DNA of 64,000 bases from an uncultured virus (IMG/VR IMGVR_UViG_3300005663_000032) (lineage: Duplodnaviria; Heunggongvirae; Uroviricota; Caudoviricetes): IMG/VR virus record IMGVR_UViG_3300005663_000032, one strand, 5' to 3'. Shown piece by piece: positions 8,952 to 20,845 of the stretch (its first letter is position 1; each line of letters begins with the position of its first letter). Made by a program: the position numbers and the translations under genes. A model generated the notes under the pieces. The model saw only the letters and a list, made by a program, of their open reading frames with translations, was not told the DNA's origin and did no database searches.

Positions 8952-9325
8952 TATTTCTATGAGTGATAAATTACTTATTGCATTACTCGAACAGTTTTCT
9001 ATTCAAAAACTAAGACTCTTGATAGAAGTGCTGTTACACGAGGGAGATGACGCAATATATTTGCAGAAGGATTTTGATATTCAAAATTTAGGAGGTAAGA
9101 AAGATGAAGAAAATCCCTCAATTTGGAAATTTGCAACTATTGTTAAAAAATTCTTGTATTGATTTGATTATTAATATTTCTATGAGTAAAACAAATTGTA
9201 TGTAGCAACTATCATACGAGCGAAGCTCATTAAATTTAATTGCAGAAATAATATTTGTCTGCATAGTTGCATTTCTTTCATTCATTGTATTTATAGAGAC
9301 ACTAACAAGAATGATTTAATATTTC

Positions 9326-9745
9326 ATGGCCTACAAACGTTACAAGAAACAGAGACACAAAGGGGATAAATTTCTTAGAACAAAAGAAATAGAAAATCCA
9401 GTGCGATGTTCTGAATGCCATCTGGTAATTCTCACCGAAGAAAATGTTAATTGGTTATTGGTGGAATATCTTAATCAGAGCAAACGTCAGAAAGAGGCGA
9501 ACATGTATGTAATAGATGGAAACTACGATCCATATATAGTGATGCGTCCTGGACTCAAAGACGTTCTAAAACATACCACACAAATACTGCTTTGGAGAAA
9601 AAATATCTGCACAGATAAACGTGACGGAAAAAGATTTGAAGAATCACTTCAAAGACTAATCGGCGTAATGGATGACACACTTGCATTACACCCAAATGAC
9701 GAATTACTAGAACAATATCTTCAATTTCTAGCAGAAATAGAATAA
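9326..9745 (+). CDS. hypothetical protein
   Basis: motif-bounded ORF. Confidence 0.75.
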   Translation: MAYKRYKKQRHKGDKFLRTKEIENPVRCSECHLVILTEENVNWLLVEYLNQSKRQKEANMYVIDGNYDPYIVMRPGLKDVLKHTTQILLWRKNICTDKRDGKRFEESLQRLIGVMDDTLALHPNDELLEQYLQFLAEIE

Positions 9746-10382
9746 TATTTCAATGCCTAAAACCAAATTCACAAAAAAAAAGAATTAGGATTTCTTAGGA
9801 GTTTAAAAATGACAGAGAAAAAAGCCAAGGGCACAATAGTTATAGATTATGATTCTAACATGCTTAATATAAATGCAGTTGAAAGCTGGATTGAAGATCA
9901 GTTACAAAAAATACAAGATACTGGTGGGGGGATTACGGGCTTCAGTATTGAATTAGAGGACTAAAACATGATTGATGTATTGAACACAATCAAACAAAAC
10001 CATGAAAAAACTCATGGTTGTACAGTAATGAAAATTACTTCGAAAAAGGGCATAATCACTAAGATTGTTTGCCTGCGATTTTAAATAAATTAATATTTCA
10101 TGGTTTCTAATATTGAGGAAATAAATCTAAAAAACACTATAACTGCGGCAGTTATTAAATATCTAGAAAATAAGGTGTCAAAAGAACATCAGAACTTCGA
10201 TCACATCGATGATATGGTTGACGATTTATTTGATGAATATTTTACCATGTTTCTAGATGAATTCAATAGTGAAATGAAAACAAGACACTATTAATATTTC
10301 TAACCTATATTCAGGTTATAATGATTTCACCCATAAGTGGGTGGGTCTATCGACTTAAATAAAAATCCAAGGGATTTAAATT

Positions 10383-11534
10383 ATGAGTGATGAACTAAAC
10401 ATACCAATATTAACCGTATTGCGGACAAAAACTGCACTTAAGGTTATTATTAATGACATAGGAAAGGAAGGAACACAAGGTGTCTTCCTATGGGGTCCAC
10501 CTGGGATCGGAAAGAGTGATTTGGTAAAACAAATCGCAGACGAAACAGGGAGCGACTTCAGAGATGTCCGTCTTGGACAATTAGATCCAGTCGATCTGCG
10601 AGGGTTGCCTGTATTTGATCACGAGAACAAAAGATCTGAATGGTATCCTCCATCATTTCTACCGGATACAAATACTAAAGAAAAAGGAATTCTATTCCTT
10701 GACGAAATCAACACAGCTGCCCCTGCAGTACAGGCCGCAGCATATCAACTGATTTTAGATCGAAAAGTTGGTGATTATACCATGCCAGAAAACTGGATAA
10801 TAATTGCAGCTGGAAATAGAAGATCCGATCAGGCAATAGCCTACAAATTACCAAGCCCATTGGCAAACCGATTTACCCATATTGAGGTTACACATAACCC
10901 TGATGAGTGGCGATCATGGGCCTACGCACACAATGTAGATCCATTTATTATTGGTTTTATTCAATTTCAGCCAGATGCATTATTTCGCTTCAGTGGAGCG
11001 ACATCTGAAACCGCATTCCCAACACCAAGATCATGGGCCTTTTCCTCAAACCTACAAGGGTTAAGAGATGAAGATTTGGAACTATACAATTCTCTCTTGG
11101 GGGGAACAGTTGGAAAGGCCGCTGCACAACAATTTATTGCATATCTGACATACAGAGATACAATTCCTAGCCCGGTAGATATTCTCGAAGGCAAGGAATA
11201 TATTCCACCAGAAACACCAGACGCAATGTATGTTCTGATGGCGGCTCTGATGGCCGAGTTAATGCGCTCAACAAAAGCAAAATTTAACGATGCCACAACA
11301 AATTTCATGAAATATGTATCTTCATATGAAAATACACCAAATGCGGACCATGGAATTGTTTTGATCAAAGAATTGATCAGAGCGTCTGGTGCTAAGAAAC
11401 TTCCTGCTAAATCATCAACAAGTCCTACCAAAGGGCGATTGAAAGCAAAAACGGCAGGAAATTATATTAGTCTTGTTGTCCAGAACGATGAATACAGAAA
11501 ATGGCAAAAAAGAAACGGCAAATCTATGAAATGA
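10383..11534 (+). CDS. MoxR-like AAA+ ATPase (dynein-related AAA_5 type)
   Basis: Walker A GPPGIGKS, Walker B LFLDE, AAGNR, PLANRF, PTPRSW. Confidence 0.9.
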   Translation: MSDELNIPILTVLRTKTALKVIINDIGKEGTQGVFLWGPPGIGKSDLVKQIADETGSDFRDVRLGQLDPVDLRGLPVFDHENKRSEWYPPSFLPDTNTKEKGILFLDEINTAAPAVQAAAYQLILDRKVGDYTMPENWIIIAAGNRRSDQAIAYKLPSPLANRFTHIEVTHNPDEWRSWAYAHNVDPFIIGFIQFQPDALFRFSGATSETAFPTPRSWAFSSNLQGLRDEDLELYNSLLGGTVGKAAAQQFIAYLTYRDTIPSPVDILEGKEYIPPETPDAMYVLMAALMAELMRSTKAKFNDATTNFMKYVSSYENTPNADHGIVLIKELIRASGAKKLPAKSSTSPTKGRLKAKTAGNYISLVVQNDEYRKWQKRNGKSMK

Positions 11535-11553
11535 TTTGTTAGGTAATATTTCC

Positions 11554-12009
11554 ATGAAACAGAAAATGATCATGATGGTGGGATACCCGGGATCGGGTAA
11601 ATCAACATATGCTAGGACATTAGTCCGACACGGTTATAGAATAATAAATCAAGATGCAGAAGGCGGAGCCGGCTCTCTGAACAGAGAAAAATGTGAAGCC
11701 CTCATGGAGCACTATTTAATGTCTGGACAGAATGTTGTGATTGATCGATGCAATATAAACAAGAAACAACGTTCCACTTTTATAATCCTTGCTCGAAACA
11801 TTAATCCGGAACTAATCATTGAATGTATTGTGATGATTACTGATCCTAAAAAATGTGCAAGTCGTATACACACGAGAGCAAATCATAAAACGCTCACAAA
11901 CAAGAACCCAACCAAAATCATAAAGGCAATCGGTCTCTTCCACAAGACACGCCAATTCCCACATGAGAGAGAAGGGGTCGACAAAATCACTCGCATATAT
12001 GCAAAATAA
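11554..12009 (+). CDS. polynucleotide-kinase-like P-loop kinase (AAA_33 type; start corrected)
   Basis: VGYPGSGKST, INQD, VVIDRCN...QR. Confidence 0.8.
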   Translation: MKQKMIMMVGYPGSGKSTYARTLVRHGYRIINQDAEGGAGSLNREKCEALMEHYLMSGQNVVIDRCNINKKQRSTFIILARNINPELIIECIVMITDPKKCASRIHTRANHKTLTNKNPTKIIKAIGLFHKTRQFPHEREGVDKITRIYAK

Positions 12010-12023
12010 TTCGAGGCAAAACA

Positions 12024-12737
12024 ATGAACTGCCCACACTGTAAAGGAGACAATCCAAAAAAAATTAAAACAAAAAGCTACGGGAAATCCCTGTGGTGTAA
12101 AGAAGGCTGTGGAATTGTATGGCCTGAAAATGGTGATCTCAAGGTGTCAACAAAATGTCTTGATAAACATAAAACCCCTGAGATGTGTGAAGTCGTCACT
12201 CTTGATGGGATACAAGTCAACCATTGTTGCGTCTGTGGGATTATATTCTCCCCAGATGAAGAATACAACATCTACAAAAAAATTGAAGAGGAAACTGAAG
12301 CCTGCGATCACCTTCACGGGCACTTAGATGGGACTCGAATACAAACGATTACAGAAGGATTAAGAATCGATTCTATGGTAGATGTAGTTACATTGGATGC
12401 GATATTTACACTTGACAAGGTGCGATACCCTGTTAAAATATTGGCAAGACTGAAACAACACGGTGCATTTCCAAAAGACTTGAGAGAGAAAATCGAGGCC
12501 GAAATCAGTGAAAAAATGGGCGCCGAAGGCAAAATCTTTGGCGGAGCATTTGAAATTGATGCACTTGCAATACTCAACAGTACAATTGTTGAAGATGATG
12601 ACGGCAATCCACATCCAATTATGCAGCAGCTGACCGAGATCGTCCGAAGCGACAATAACACAGAGCAACTGAAAAACTATCTCGAAGCAATATTAGATGC
12701 CCAAGAGGGCGTAAGCGATAACTCCGATTTTGTTTAA
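12024..12737 (+). CDS. Cys-rich hypothetical protein
   Basis: CPHC, CKEGC, CCVC at N-terminus. Confidence 0.75.
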   Translation: MNCPHCKGDNPKKIKTKSYGKSLWCKEGCGIVWPENGDLKVSTKCLDKHKTPEMCEVVTLDGIQVNHCCVCGIIFSPDEEYNIYKKIEEETEACDHLHGHLDGTRIQTITEGLRIDSMVDVVTLDAIFTLDKVRYPVKILARLKQHGAFPKDLREKIEAEISEKMGAEGKIFGGAFEIDALAILNSTIVEDDDGNPHPIMQQLTEIVRSDNNTEQLKNYLEAILDAQEGVSDNSDFV

Positions 12738-12753
12738 TATTTCTAGGTGTAAA

Positions 12754-14958
12754 ATGAACGAAAAAGAAATTTACGCACCGGCAAAGGAGAGAAACAATAG
12801 TATTTGGACCTCTACCCAATTGGCTAGAACCGAATACTTTGGACTCGTGGTATGGGGAGCTGACGGCAGCCACTTCAGCGTGGTATACGACAGCCATTTA
12901 AAAAAACAGATTAGAAAGAACATGGTAAATCCACCATATTTGCTCTCTGTTGCATTATCTGCATCAAAGAACAGATCAATGAGGATTTTACAAAAACATA
13001 GTCTCTTCGAACTGAATGACACACAACCAGACGACATTCTCTACAGATTTGCCTTCATATACGACCTTCTTCAACAACGGCTTGAAGATGACGATCGGGA
13101 TGCACAAAACCTGCTGGCTACATTTAGTCCATCATGTTTTGGACTCGAAGCACTTTATGTGCCTGAAATAAATATTCAGGCAGGAAAAGATGCAATTAAC
13201 GCAATGGATTCAATTCCTGATCTATTGAGCTTTCTGTTCTGGATCGGTGAGAGGATTCCTTTACTTGTATTAATAGACGAAATCTCTTCAAAAGAAGTAG
13301 TTCCCCGCGAGGGAGCTGGTTCAATTGTTGACGATCTCCAGAAACAGTCAATCATCATGTTACGTGAAAAATGTAAGGGAGTGGTATATCCAAGATTCTA
13401 TGCAAATACGAATTCTAGGGTAGAAGTTCCAGTACTGATCCAAGAACCAAATAGTAAATCCAAAGACCCTGTAGTAAAATACTATGCCAAGGAAATAAAA
13501 GGAAATCGTTTGGAAATACTCCGATCAAAAGGATTTCAGACACAATTCGACGCTTTGGAAGCCATCGATGACGCTCACAAATACAGTGCCACCTCAAATG
13601 TAATTATATTTGCGGAAGACAAAGAACAGATCGACGCTGACATTATGAAGAACTCATATTCAGTTGAGATCAACCTGCCCAATGCAGACATCAGAAGAGC
13701 ATTGATCACTAAACTATTCAGTGATTTTAATGCAGATCTAAAGAAAGGTAAAGGAGTAGTTACAGTAATAAAAGTTCGCTACGGAAATCGGGAAGTCCCC
13801 GGTAAAGAGGCAGAACTGGAATTTCTTGTTGCACCACTTGCAGGTACCAACTCAAGAGAAATCAATGAGATTCTCGGTTCAAAAATGAATGCAGGGCAGG
13901 CATACGCTATAGTGGACAAATCGCCCACAGGCTATGTATATCTTGATGACGTTTCTGAATTTAGAAAGAAAATAATCAACGCAAGTCCCGCATTGGAATT
14001 AGTTGAACCTGATCATACATTTGATGACATACAGGGATTAACAGAAGCCAAGGAATATCTTAATAAAATAATCACCGTGGTTGAGACCCCTTATCTACAT
14101 CCAACACTTCCAGGTGGATTCCTATTTAGTGGGCCGCCCGGAACTGGTAAAACTTATACTGCAGAGGCACTGATGAAAGAATTATCCAAGAAAGGATTCA
14201 CAGGAGTTTATCTCCATATTGACAAATTATTGGGTAGTTATGTCGGCCAAACAGAGATGCAAACCAGACAGACCATTGATACACTGCGTGCATTATACAA
14301 GGCAGTTGTATGGATTGATGAATTGGACAGAAAATCTATGAGTACCGAAACAAAAGGTCCAAGTGGCGATTCTGGAACAACAAATCGAATGCAAACTCGT
14401 TTGATGGAATTTTTTGGAGATGGGGCAAACAAAGGAAAAATCATTCTTTGTGCAGCAACCAACTTCCCAGCAAACATTGACACTGCATTGTTTGATAGGT
14501 TTCCGGATCGGATACCATTCTTACCTCCTGATGAACAGGGTAGAGCAGATCAATTCAAACTCAAATTACAGAAGATGAATTCTGATATGGGGGATAGAGT
14601 TACCTTTATCCCTGATTTGGATACAATTGCATTATGGGCTGCCAAAAATGCACCTGATGTGGCTGGACGCCCATTAGAAAACATTGCTAGTAGTATTCTT
14701 CGTGAAGCTGCTGTTAAAAGCAAAGATGGTAAAATCAAAGTTGATAAAATGCTAGTATCATCGATTATAAATGATACAAACGTAGTGATGGGTGATAAAG
14801 CAGATGAAATGATTGAACAAGCAATCAAATTTGTAAACCCTAAATCAGCATTGGATAAAACATTTATGAAACGGTGGAAAAAATCAAAAGCGCAGACCAA
14901 GAAACCTGCTAAACCGCCAACGAAAACATCATCTAAACCCGATGATGATATGTTATAA
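12754..14958 (+). CDS. AAA+ ATPase (Ycf46/CDC48-like C-terminal AAA domain; start corrected)
   Basis: GPPGTGKT, YVGQTE, WIDELD, AATN...IDTALFDRF; AGGTG SD after the motif. Confidence 0.88.
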   Translation: MNEKEIYAPAKERNNSIWTSTQLARTEYFGLVVWGADGSHFSVVYDSHLKKQIRKNMVNPPYLLSVALSASKNRSMRILQKHSLFELNDTQPDDILYRFAFIYDLLQQRLEDDDRDAQNLLATFSPSCFGLEALYVPEINIQAGKDAINAMDSIPDLLSFLFWIGERIPLLVLIDEISSKEVVPREGAGSIVDDLQKQSIIMLREKCKGVVYPRFYANTNSRVEVPVLIQEPNSKSKDPVVKYYAKEIKGNRLEILRSKGFQTQFDALEAIDDAHKYSATSNVIIFAEDKEQIDADIMKNSYSVEINLPNADIRRALITKLFSDFNADLKKGKGVVTVIKVRYGNREVPGKEAELEFLVAPLAGTNSREINEILGSKMNAGQAYAIVDKSPTGYVYLDDVSEFRKKIINASPALELVEPDHTFDDIQGLTEAKEYLNKIITVVETPYLHPTLPGGFLFSGPPGTGKTYTAEALMKELSKKGFTGVYLHIDKLLGSYVGQTEMQTRQTIDTLRALYKAVVWIDELDRKSMSTETKGPSGDSGTTNRMQTRLMEFFGDGANKGKIILCAATNFPANIDTALFDRFPDRIPFLPPDEQGRADQFKLKLQKMNSDMGDRVTFIPDLDTIALWAAKNAPDVAGRPLENIASSILREAAVKSKDGKIKVDKMLVSSIINDTNVVMGDKADEMIEQAIKFVNPKSALDKTFMKRWKKSKAQTKKPAKPPTKTSSKPDDDML

Positions 14959-14977
14959 TGTCCAGACATAATATTTC
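14953..14977 (+). promoter_or_regulatory. TATA + TGTCCAGACA palindrome + TAATATTTC promoter unit
   Basis: repeated at 15175; variants at 24180, 29240 and 57300. Confidence 0.6.
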
Positions 14978-15174
14978 ATGAATCTAAATTATTGGTTAGG
15001 AAAAACATATGACAAGACTTGATAAAATAAGAGAAAAACTCAACACAATAGAAAAAATAGAAAAAGAATTGTTACCGATATCAAAAACAGAATTCAAAAA
15101 TAATATGAAAGAAATTAATAATATGATAGATGAATTAGAAAAGATGTATGATATCCATTAAAACTCGGATTACG

Positions 15175-15199
15175 CTATAATGTCCAGACATAATATTTC
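15175..15199 (+). promoter_or_regulatory. TATA + TGTCCAGACA palindrome + TAATATTTC promoter unit
   Basis: TATAATGTCCAGACATAATATTTC identical to the copy at 14954. Confidence 0.6.
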
Positions 15200-15200
15200 T

Positions 15201-15428
15201 ATGACTCACATCATTGACATCGATTTACAGATGCATTGGAAAGAGGAATTGTTTGATAACTACAAACCGAAAACCAAAAGGGAACTAATATTGGTTGTTT
15301 TGCAACTCACTTACCCTCTTAGGTGGTATTCTCACATTGATGATAATTATGTGATAATCTCATTACATTCAGATGGGACTGAAATTGAATTGGGATTGTT
15401 TAATTGGAGCGATTTTATCAATGAATAA
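15201..15428 (+). CDS. hypothetical protein (start corrected)
   Basis: ATG directly after the motif. Confidence 0.65.
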   Translation: MTHIIDIDLQMHWKEELFDNYKPKTKRELILVVLQLTYPLRWYSHIDDNYVIISLHSDGTEIELGLFNWSDFINE

Positions 15429-15459
15429 ATCCCGCGGGCAACCAAACTGTAATATTTCT

Positions 15460-15657
15460 ATGGATAAAGACATACCTATTCCTACAAAATCCGAAGACAT
15501 GTCTATACGGGAAGAAATTGTAATTAGATTACAACTAAAGTATACACAGAGTACGAGTAAGAAAAAAGATCACTTATTGATGCAATTACAATCGGCGATC
15601 AATGGGGTTCTTGTAGAAGACTTGTACAAAATTGTCGAAACTTGGCAAATAGACTAA
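15460..15657 (+). CDS. hypothetical protein, paralog of 17034-17231 (start corrected)
   Basis: 65 aa, MDKDIPIPTK...LYKIVETWQID. Confidence 0.8.
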   Translation: MDKDIPIPTKSEDMSIREEIVIRLQLKYTQSTSKKKDHLLMQLQSAINGVLVEDLYKIVETWQID

Positions 15658-15731
15658 TATTTCATGACTAAAATACAATTTTTAGTAAAGAAAATGATTG
15701 TAGACAAAAATAAAAAGCTTTAATATTTCTA

Positions 15732-16259
15732 ATGCCATTTTACGACATTTTGATGTTCGGATACCAACCTAAAACTGAGGATGGAATTCGTGACGTATAT
15801 AAAAAAATAACAGAATCAGAGTTCCGTCATTTTCCTAAAGAATTTGACGATTTAACTGGACGGGAACTAGAGGATAGATTCTTGCTGAGACTATCAAATA
15901 AATTGAATTTTCGGCTACAAGAAACACAAATTGAGGTGTTGGTTGAAATTTCAGGTATGGACTCTAATACCGTGAGACAACTAATCTATAATGACAAAAC
16001 TAACAAGCCCGGAAGGTGCATTGCGCCATCTGCAATATATTTTGAATGTCATCCTGAAGTGGGATTTGAATACCCCGAAGACTTAATCATCGGAGTACCA
16101 TTCACCTCCAGATATGTTCCTACACTAATAGATTGGCAAGAAGAACATGGTGGCGTTCACCTGTTTGAGATCAACACTGAATGGTTGCAAATTGCTATCG
16201 ATAAATTTGAGAAAAATTTACCTGATGCAAAACTATTCATGGTAACTACTTTTGCATAA
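15732..16259 (+). CDS. hypothetical protein
   Basis: motif-bounded ORF. Confidence 0.75.
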   Translation: MPFYDILMFGYQPKTEDGIRDVYKKITESEFRHFPKEFDDLTGRELEDRFLLRLSNKLNFRLQETQIEVLVEISGMDSNTVRQLIYNDKTNKPGRCIAPSAIYFECHPEVGFEYPEDLIIGVPFTSRYVPTLIDWQEEHGGVHLFEINTEWLQIAIDKFEKNLPDAKLFMVTTFA

Positions 16260-16269
16260 CAATATTTCT

Positions 16270-16761
16270 ATGCCTAAACTCATACAAAATATACAAACTT
16301 ATAAATGTGAAAAATGCAACGAAACAGGCACACATGATGAAATAACTAAACACGAAGAAGATATCTGTTTTTCAGAAATCCTCACATGTGATTATAATCT
16401 CAAATACAATGTTAAAAATTTCATTAATCAATATAAGATGTATGTCCATACTCATGAAGACTTCAGAAAAATCCAAGCATGCAACTCCGCATTTCAGAGA
16501 AAGAAAGACAATTTGAAAGCTTTCGAAGGATTATTAAAATGTGCTAAAGGTCACAAAATCATATTATTCAGTGGAGACACCACAGAATATGATTATTTTT
16601 ATGGGGACATTAAATTTACTTGTAGTGGTGGATGTGAAGATATTCGGATAGACCTGGAAGCCCTCCACATTGAAACTGACTATCACAATGCATTTCATAT
16701 GCTGAGGTATGATCTTACGGGGTCGATCGACGCTCATTTTTATAAAAAAGAAAGAAAATAA
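16270..16761 (+). CDS. hypothetical Cys/His protein (start corrected)
   Basis: CEKC...HEEDIC. Confidence 0.7.
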   Translation: MPKLIQNIQTYKCEKCNETGTHDEITKHEEDICFSEILTCDYNLKYNVKNFINQYKMYVHTHEDFRKIQACNSAFQRKKDNLKAFEGLLKCAKGHKIILFSGDTTEYDYFYGDIKFTCSGGCEDIRIDLEALHIETDYHNAFHMLRYDLTGSIDAHFYKKERK

Positions 16762-17033
16762 TATTTCGATGGATCAATTACATCCTGTAACTGAAATAAA
16801 TCTAATAAATGAAGACATAATTAAACCAAGATATCACATCGGAACAAGTTTAATCTGCCCAGTTGTAAAAAGTATTCATAAAAAAGATCGCAAGTATTCT
16901 CGTGCTGCTACGGTGGGATTGACAAACATCCCTATTAGGGCGTTTTTATTGAATAAAATAAAAGAAGAAAGAATAGGGTCTGAATGTGATTGTCTTGAAT
17001 TGATAAAATCATTTTTATCGACATAATATTTCG

Positions 17034-17231
17034 ATGGATGAAAAAGTTCCTCTTCCTACAAAAGTTGAAGACATGCCTGTAGTGGACAAACTGATAATAT
17101 CTTTGAGTTTAAAATATACACAGGCAACACAGTCTGAAAAAGAGAGGCTTCAGAAAGCACTCACAGTTGCTATCAATAAAGTTCTCGAACAGGATTTGTA
17201 CAAAATTGTCGAAACTTGGCAAATAGACTAA
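17034..17231 (+). CDS. hypothetical protein, paralog of 15460-15657
   Basis: 65 aa; identical 3' end. Confidence 0.8.
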   Translation: MDEKVPLPTKVEDMPVVDKLIISLSLKYTQATQSEKERLQKALTVAINKVLEQDLYKIVETWQID

Positions 17232-17238
17232 TATTTCT

Positions 17239-17460
17239 ATGGATCAAACAGAATTTGAATACTGGACTGATCAAAAAAACCGAACCTCGAATGCTGTGAG
17301 TGATAAGAAAACAAAGAATTTTCACAGACTCAAGGTAGAATACAAAAATAAATCAAACGGCTCTCTATATATTCCCAATGAATTGGCAAACAAACTCAAA
17401 TCAGGGGAAATAGACGAATTGGAATTTATTATAGTGATAAACAAAAAATCATTTGAATGA
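17239..17460 (+). CDS. possible AbrB/SpoVT-like DNA-binding protein
   Basis: GSLYIPNELANKLKSGEIDELEF pattern. Confidence 0.4.
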   Translation: MDQTEFEYWTDQKNRTSNAVSDKKTKNFHRLKVEYKNKSNGSLYIPNELANKLKSGEIDELEFIIVINKKSFE

Positions 17461-17495
17461 ATTCAATAATATTTCATGGATTGTATAAATTGATC

Positions 17496-17780
17496 ATGAG
17501 TATAGAAAGCGTGGTAATTTTTATTGTTGGATTAATTCTTTTAACAATATTAATTATATTTGGTATATTCTCTTTATGGGAACACTATGCTGAAGGATTG
17601 CCCTGGGGATGTGCTTTTAGAGGTCACAGACCAATTGACGAAGAAGGTAATCGTTTAGGAGATCCCAAAGGACTATTAGAAAGTCTTGGCGCAGTATTTT
17701 ATAGCGAGGTTAAATGTAAAAGATGTAAAAATAAACTTTATTGGATAAATAGTTATAAAATATGGACACATAAGATATAG
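17496..17780 (+). CDS. membrane-anchored Cys/His protein (start corrected)
   Basis: N-terminal TM, CAFRGH...CKRC. Confidence 0.65.
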   Translation: MSIESVVIFIVGLILLTILIIFGIFSLWEHYAEGLPWGCAFRGHRPIDEEGNRLGDPKGLLESLGAVFYSEVKCKRCKNKLYWINSYKIWTHKI

Positions 17781-18087
17781 ATGGCCAAAGACTAATATTT
17801 CTATGAATAAAATTAAAATTACAGAAAATCAACGTATCGTAATCTATTTTATAATTGTATTGATACTATGGGCAATACTGTCAAAAATATTAATATTCGG
17901 CATTCTTGATGCACCTACAACAATTGTATTTGGTGAGGGACACGATCTCTTGGCATGGTTGGTGTTTATCAGCATCTCTCTTATGTATGGAGTAACTCTA
18001 ACATTTTCCATTATTATATTCTTCATAAGTAGATTTATATTTATACGAATCAAAAACAAATGGAGCAAAAGGGCTCTATAATATTTC

Positions 18088-18417
18088 ATGGACTGTATAA
18101 ATTGTGAAAAACCACGGTCTGAACATGCAGATAGTGCATATGGACAAAACCATCGATGTAAAATTGAAGGTGCAAAAATCTACTTTAATGATTCACATTG
18201 GAGTGGTAAAACAATGGTTCAAATAGCACTCGAAGCCAATCTAAAACCCTGCAAATGTAGTAAATACGAATGTTGGGATTGTGCACGCGAAAATAGATAC
18301 AAATGCATTGATGAGGCTGGAAATGAATTCAACCAACACGCCTTAACTATTCTACAATTTGATAAATATAAGTGCACTAACTGTAAGAAAGTATTTATGT
18401 TGGCACCAATCAAATAA
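18088..18417 (+). CDS. Cys-rich zinc-binding hypothetical protein
   Basis: multiple CxxC; motif-bounded. Confidence 0.75.
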   Translation: MDCINCEKPRSEHADSAYGQNHRCKIEGAKIYFNDSHWSGKTMVQIALEANLKPCKCSKYECWDCARENRYKCIDEAGNEFNQHALTILQFDKYKCTNCKKVFMLAPIK

Positions 18418-18673
18418 TATTTCATGTCAGAAACTAAGGGCAAAATAATTGCATATCTTGACGTATTGGACAAATTGGGGGCAACTATTGAACTTCCCGA
18501 AAGAGAGGAATTAGAAGAACCATTCGCGGAGTCGTTCGCACAGTTGGAAATATCAACACTGCTGCGAGACAGCATCTATCGCATACTTGACAAACTAGAA
18601 GAAACTCGAAACCTAGTTGCTGGACAAATCTCGGACCTCGCTCAACTCGCTAAAGAAACAAAATAAATATTTC

Positions 18674-19036
18674 ATGTCAAAAACTAAAATATTAATCCTA
18701 GTGAGTTTGATTGTACTAATGTTAATCGGATTAATAATGGCACTATTTTACGATCCACTGTTTGGTCTTGGGTTAATGTTTGTAAGTGCATTATTGATTG
18801 AGCATTTGGAAGAAAAAGATCCAATATTAAAACTCTGGAAAATACCATGTCCAAGATGCACGTTTTATTCATTAGCATTGATTCAACCCGATAAAAAACA
18901 ATCAACTTGTGATTGTGGTTGTTCTGATTTATCAGAATATAACGTTCAATGCCAGGCGTGCCACCATTACCTTTGGGATGATAATACACAAAAAGTAATT
19001 GATTTTACTTTGAAATCTATGATTTTAAAGGGCTGA
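18674..19036 (+). CDS. membrane protein with Cys-rich C-terminus (start corrected)
   Basis: two TM segments; CPRC, CDCGC, CQAC. Confidence 0.7.
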   Translation: MSKTKILILVSLIVLMLIGLIMALFYDPLFGLGLMFVSALLIEHLEEKDPILKLWKIPCPRCTFYSLALIQPDKKQSTCDCGCSDLSEYNVQCQACHHYLWDDNTQKVIDFTLKSMILKG

Positions 19037-19073
19037 ATAATTCGAATTTAAGCCACAACAAAATAAATATTTC

Positions 19074-19181
19074 ATGTTTGAACTAACATTCGAAAACGTA
19101 ATGTATACATTAATTATGGGGTATTTATTTATGGATTCATCAGAATCTATGCATTATTGTTATTCGGCATTGGAGGCATAA
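19074..19181 (+). pseudogene. truncated, frameshifted copy of 21794-22021
   Basis: about 100 nt near-identical to the 5' part of 21794, starting exactly at the motif; 1-nt and 3-nt deletions. Confidence 0.85.
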
Positions 19182-19899
19182 AACCAAACTATGAGTGAAG
19201 ACAGATATGTCCCCGATCCAACCATATGTCAAGAGAATTTAGATGTTTTCTTGAAAGAGTTGGGCGGCGGAACTACTTTTTTGGACTACTATCGGGAGAA
19301 TTGGGATACTTGGCCTGCCGATATAATGGCAATTTTGGCTAGTATCGCATTCGAACGCGAAGAGGAAGGAAGCACACCAAAAAATCTAACATATTTATTA
19401 AATGATGGAATTCCTGCCTTGATAGATTATTGTGGAATAGATTCCCTTGATACACTGAAAAAACACAGTGATATGTATCCGCTTGATACAATAATGTCTG
19501 GATATATTGGGTCTGTATAATATTTCATGGACGATCAGTTTCAGAACCAAATAAAAGAAATGATTAAAAATACTCGTAAAAGAGCAGAAACAAGAGGAAA
19601 GTCAGTTCAAGAATTTGTAAGAAGAGATTAAAAATGATTGAAGAAAACAATCCTAAGCTGAACTATACAAGGTAACGAAAAATGAGTAAAACTAAAAAAG
19701 TCGAATTAACACATAGAGAAATGGAATATCTTGAAGACGCAGTAATCTTCTTTTTGCAATCAAAAGAGAATCATCTATCGATCCATGCAAAAGAAGATTT
19801 TCATGCAATTACTAACAAATTTTATTTAGCTCGTAGAAGGGTAGAATAATACGGATGAATATAATACCTTTATCGAATACTGGCTGAAATAATATTTCA

Positions 19900-20523
19900 A
19901 TGAAACTGGTATTAATAACAGAATCATACGAAGAAAAACAATGGATGATGGGTCGAGTGGGAGAGCTGGTCCCCAACGATGGCGAAGGTCTCATGGGTAT
20001 ATCACCTAAAATCCGAGTCCCTGATGGGGATGGCAAAGATCATTTCATATATGGATACGAAAGCTGGTGGAGTGGCCTACCCGATATCCCTGACATCCCT
20101 GATGATATCCAACCGGGCGACTCAATTCCTGCATACGTATTTAAGGAACTGTATCGATCAACACAGCAAACAAAAGCCCTCATGGATGAAATAGCAATTG
20201 AGGGTGGGCACCTATCTGCAGCCGACGCTCTAAAAGAAATTGGAGAAAGATTGCTGTGGACTGAAAGAATAGCCGACACAGTCCGAATTTTTTTCAGTAA
20301 TATGTTGGACAAAATTACTCCTTCTAAGGAAAAACTCGATAAGCTTTCTCCAGAGGAAAAACAAAAGGAAATGCTTATTGCAGAAAATAAGATGAAAGAA
20401 GCCCTTGAACCTCACAAGGAATACATCAAGGAAGTAATGGCAATCCAAGAACAAGAACAAGTTGCAACAGAAGATGATTATAATCGAGTAAAAGAAATAC
20501 TCGACAATATTGTTTTTGATTAG
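19900..20523 (+). CDS. hypothetical protein
   Basis: 207-aa ORF after the motif. Confidence 0.8.
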   Translation: MKLVLITESYEEKQWMMGRVGELVPNDGEGLMGISPKIRVPDGDGKDHFIYGYESWWSGLPDIPDIPDDIQPGDSIPAYVFKELYRSTQQTKALMDEIAIEGGHLSAADALKEIGERLLWTERIADTVRIFFSNMLDKITPSKEKLDKLSPEEKQKEMLIAENKMKEALEPHKEYIKEVMAIQEQEQVATEDDYNRVKEILDNIVFD

Positions 20524-20845
20524 CCGAAATAATATTTCTATGGAAGATAAGCGCACTTGGGGCGAACTTAAAAAATTCTATGATAAAAATGTTAGATCGA
20601 AACTCATTGGTGTGGAAGACAACCAAATTCGATTTGTTGTAAAATGTCTTGAAAATGATTACGATGTCATCGACGAGAAAACTGAAAGATTTGACACACT
20701 AACTGGGGCATTGTTATTTTCTGATAGAGAACTCAAACGGAAAAAATGGGATTTTTTATCTATAGCTCTAGAGCGAATTATAGATGGTTGGGTGTGCAAA
20801 AAACACATGACAACCGACGTAACAATAATAATCATATAATATTTC